A stretch of DNA of 64,000 nt from an uncultured bacterium. Its GTDB lineage: Bacteria > CSSED10-310 > CAZUFC01. The stretch lies in contig CAZUFC010000014.1 of NCBI GenBank assembly GCA_964619725.1, positions 1 through 64,000 on the forward strand, written 5' to 3'. Positions 61,672 through 64,000 of the stretch are shown here, piece by piece. Each line of letters opens with the position of its first letter. The stretch's first letter is position 1. The notes below the pieces were generated by a model, which made no database searches, was not told the DNA's origin, and worked only from the letters and a program-made list of their open reading frames with translations. Made by a program: the position numbers and the translations under genes.

Positions 61672-62547
61672 TTATTCGAATGGTTCCTTTTTTGACAGCG
61701 CCGGCATGCGGTGGAAATAGAACACCAAAGCGCCCATTCTTATTTCATCGCCGTCTTTCAACAATTGCCTGTCTATTTTTTCTCCGTTTACATATACCGC
61801 GCTTTGTTTGCTGATGTCGTCCAGGTAGTAGAAGAGACCTGTCAGGTAGATTCTTGCGTGCCGTTCTTCCAGTCGGCTTTCCGGGTTGAATTGAAAATCG
61901 ACGTCATCTCCTGTTCCGAAAATATTGGTCCCGAATCTCAGCGAAAAATTTTCGATTATCCTTCCGTTTTGAACCTGCACCAATTTGCCGGTGAAGGGGA
62001 TCGGAGGCGATACGACGCTGTCCACGCGACGGTCTTCCTCAAAGTCCAGGTTGTCTCTTTTCTGAGCGGCGTGAAGGATGAGAAAGTTCAGTCCCAGGGA
62101 AACGGGCAACGGTATCCGCCCGGGCAGCGGGTGATTTTCCAGAAACTGAAAATGTCCGTCCTTCCATGAAAGCAGGTATGCTATTTCATCCAGGAATATT
62201 TCCTTGGACAGTTCGATTAAAGTTCCAGGGTCCAGATAACCTGCTTCGAGGATTGAAGATACTGCGAAACGGTCTTCCGCACGACAGATATTTATGGCTT
62301 CGAAAAGTTCGTTTCCTTCCAGGAGACTTCTTTCGGCAATAAAATTTTCAAACGTCCGGTTCAAACGTGAGGATTCTATCCAGATCAGCTCCTCCTGTTG
62401 GACGTAAAGCTCTACAACATCCGGTTCGCGCTCTATCCTCAGCATCCCGGACTTCCCGCCCATTTCCAGCAGGTGAAAAATCTCCGCCAGATCAATGACG
62501 CGAAGATATCCTTTAAAATCGTATATGGCCTTCTGATCTTCGCTCAT
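61672..62547 (-). CDS. DUF4388 (PatA-N-like) domain plus C-terminal FHA domain protein
   Basis: FKGYLRVIDLAEIFHLL..KSGML, WKDGHFQF; RHARI..VYVNG..LKDGDEI. Confidence 0.82.
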   Translation of the reverse strand: MSEDQKAIYDFKGYLRVIDLAEIFHLLEMGGKSGMLRIEREPDVVELYVQQEELIWIESSRLNRTFENFIAERSLLEGNELFEAINICRAEDRFAVSSILEAGYLDPGTLIELSKEIFLDEIAYLLSWKDGHFQFLENHPLPGRIPLPVSLGLNFLILHAAQKRDNLDFEEDRRVDSVVSPPIPFTGKLVQVQNGRIIENFSLRFGTNIFGTGDDVDFQFNPESRLEERHARIYLTGLFYYLDDISKQSAVYVNGEKIDRQLLKDGDEIRMGALVFYFHRMPALSKKEPFE

Positions 62548-62673
62548 CTAAAAGGCTGACGGAATAACACCGGCATGATCACCGCTTTTGCCGGCATGTT
62601 CCTGCCCTGCCTGCTCCTGTTGGGCTCACTCATCAATTCAATAAATTGTTTACTTCCAGATACGACGAGTCGC

Positions 62674-63087
62674 TTATTCGGTTTCAGTTTTTTCCGGGAT
62701 TATCGGAACGCAGGCATCCACGGGGCAGACAGAAGCGCATTTTTTACAGGCTGTGCATTTGACAGGATCGATCACGTAAATCGGGTCGCCTTCGGAAATG
62801 GCGTCTGCCGGGCATTCTTCCAGACAATTGCCGCAGGCTATGCATGAACCGTTAATGCGATAGGGAACCAAATTGGCCTTGACTTCGCCTTTCTGACGCA
62901 AAAGCTCCAGGTTCAACCTATGATAATATGCTGCTGATTCTTCACGCGCTTCTTTCAGATCATTGCTCAGGTCTATGTAAGAATTTCTTATATAGTCGAT
63001 TTCCTCACTGATGCCCTTGGATTTGAAATAATTGCGCAGAATCCCGATGATGATTGCGATCAGCAAGATCACTAATAACCACGTCAT
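62674..63087 (-). CDS. Membrane-anchored protein with C-terminal 2[4Fe-4S] ferredoxin domain
   Basis: N-terminal TM helix; CIACGNCLEECP and CTACKKCASVCP. Confidence 0.85.
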   Translation of the reverse strand: MTWLLVILLIAIIIGILRNYFKSKGISEEIDYIRNSYIDLSNDLKEAREESAAYYHRLNLELLRQKGEVKANLVPYRINGSCIACGNCLEECPADAISEGDPIYVIDPVKCTACKKCASVCPVDACVPIIPEKTETE

Positions 63088-63252
63088 ATTGAATACTCCT
63101 TTTCAGCCATTTTTTCATTACGGCGCAGAGATGCCGAATCAAGGAGGAAAATAATTTATTTCCCGTTGCCTGTCAAGATTTTTCATGATACGTCCATGCG
63201 GGCAGCGAGCAAAGATTCTCAGACAGAACGAATGATCGATTTTCGAAAGAAT

Positions 63253-63999
63253 CTATCCTTTGTCCAGGATGCTGATCAGCGAATTCATCTTTTGCCGGGC
63301 GTTATCAAGGAAAACCCTGAGATTATTGGGATGATTGGCGAACAAACCGCCTTTGCTGCCGTTATGAACGATCAGGGGATTGAAAAAGGACTGGTCCAAT
63401 GAATAAATAATCTCATTGATGATCACTTCCGCATTTTTGTCTTCTATCACTTCGCTGAAGTCAATGGAAACAGCTTTCATCATGTGATTTATCCCGTATC
63501 CGACTCCCAGACCGTAATAAAATTCATCGTCCACTTTAAACCAGGATAACTCCTTGTTCGCTTTGGAAGAACTTCGTTGTTGAAGCGAAAAAACGTCGCC
63601 TCCACCCGCGTTCATCAGTCGCGTATTGATTCCTCCCAGAAGAGAGGCGTAATCAGTAAGCAACTGGATCAGATTATCGCTTCTGGGGTAGAACTGAGCT
63701 GTTTTAGCGGAATCAGTCAGTGATAATCTTGTTTCAAATGATTTAAGAGCCTCAATTCCTTTTTCGAATTTGCCTTCAGCCGACGGCAGCCACCATTTGT
63801 ATGCATCGTTGCTGAAATATTCAAAAGCCCTGGACGCGTCTTCATCGATCTTGTCCGTTGTTCGCGAACGGGAAAGATTCTCCTTCAATACCCGACTGGA
63901 ATATCGCACGGTTTCCAATACGCCGAGTTGAAAATTCGGACGATTGTCGATCCACCATCCCGGCGACACAATAATGTCGTTCGGCAACCATCCCCCGTC
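63253..63999 (-). CDS. DUF2333 family protein (5' end beyond window)
   Basis: GGWLPND..PG.WIDNRPNFQLG, FYPRSDNL, VDDEFYY; frame open to the window edge. Confidence 0.8.
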   Translation of the reverse strand, partial: DGGWLPNDIIVSPGWWIDNRPNFQLGVLETVRYSSRVLKENLSRSRTTDKIDEDASRAFEYFSNDAYKWWLPSAEGKFEKGIEALKSFETRLSLTDSAKTAQFYPRSDNLIQLLTDYASLLGGINTRLMNAGGGDVFSLQQRSSSKANKELSWFKVDDEFYYGLGVGYGINHMMKAVSIDFSEVIEDKNAEVIINEIIYSLDQSFFNPLIVHNGSKGGLFANHPNNLRVFLDNARQKMNSLISILDKG

Positions 64000-64000
64000 G

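Overview
Bacterial chromosomal DNA of moderate GC, mostly housekeeping, transport and envelope genes. The main blocks are: penicillin acylase and a CpcT-like lipoprotein; a BMP-type nucleoside ABC transporter; a small mobile relic at 8.6-10.4 kb (yefM-yoeB with its own promoter, an attC-like site and two remnants of an IS91-family transposase); a frameshifted S8 protease and an FG-GAP protein; glyA-like, add and a Lon-type protease; an MBL-rhodanese/YeeE/SLC13 sulfur cluster; three AlkP-superfamily phosphodiesterase-like proteins, GT-C glycosyltransferases and a 1483-aa Cys-rich surface protein with an IPTL-CTERM-like tail; pnp-resB-ccsA; and rpmH-rnpA-yidD-yidC-jag without dnaA or mnmE. The best novelty candidates are (1) a ~120-aa C-terminal domain shared by the two unrelated secreted proteins (S8 and FG-GAP) after Pro/Thr linkers, a possible lineage-specific sorting or secretion signal; (2) the integrase-less attC/IS91/toxin-antitoxin relic; and (3) several dispersed intergenic repeat families, one with compensatory base changes. 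I saw no rRNA, tRNA or CRISPR array. All calls come from motif recognition by eye; no searches were run.
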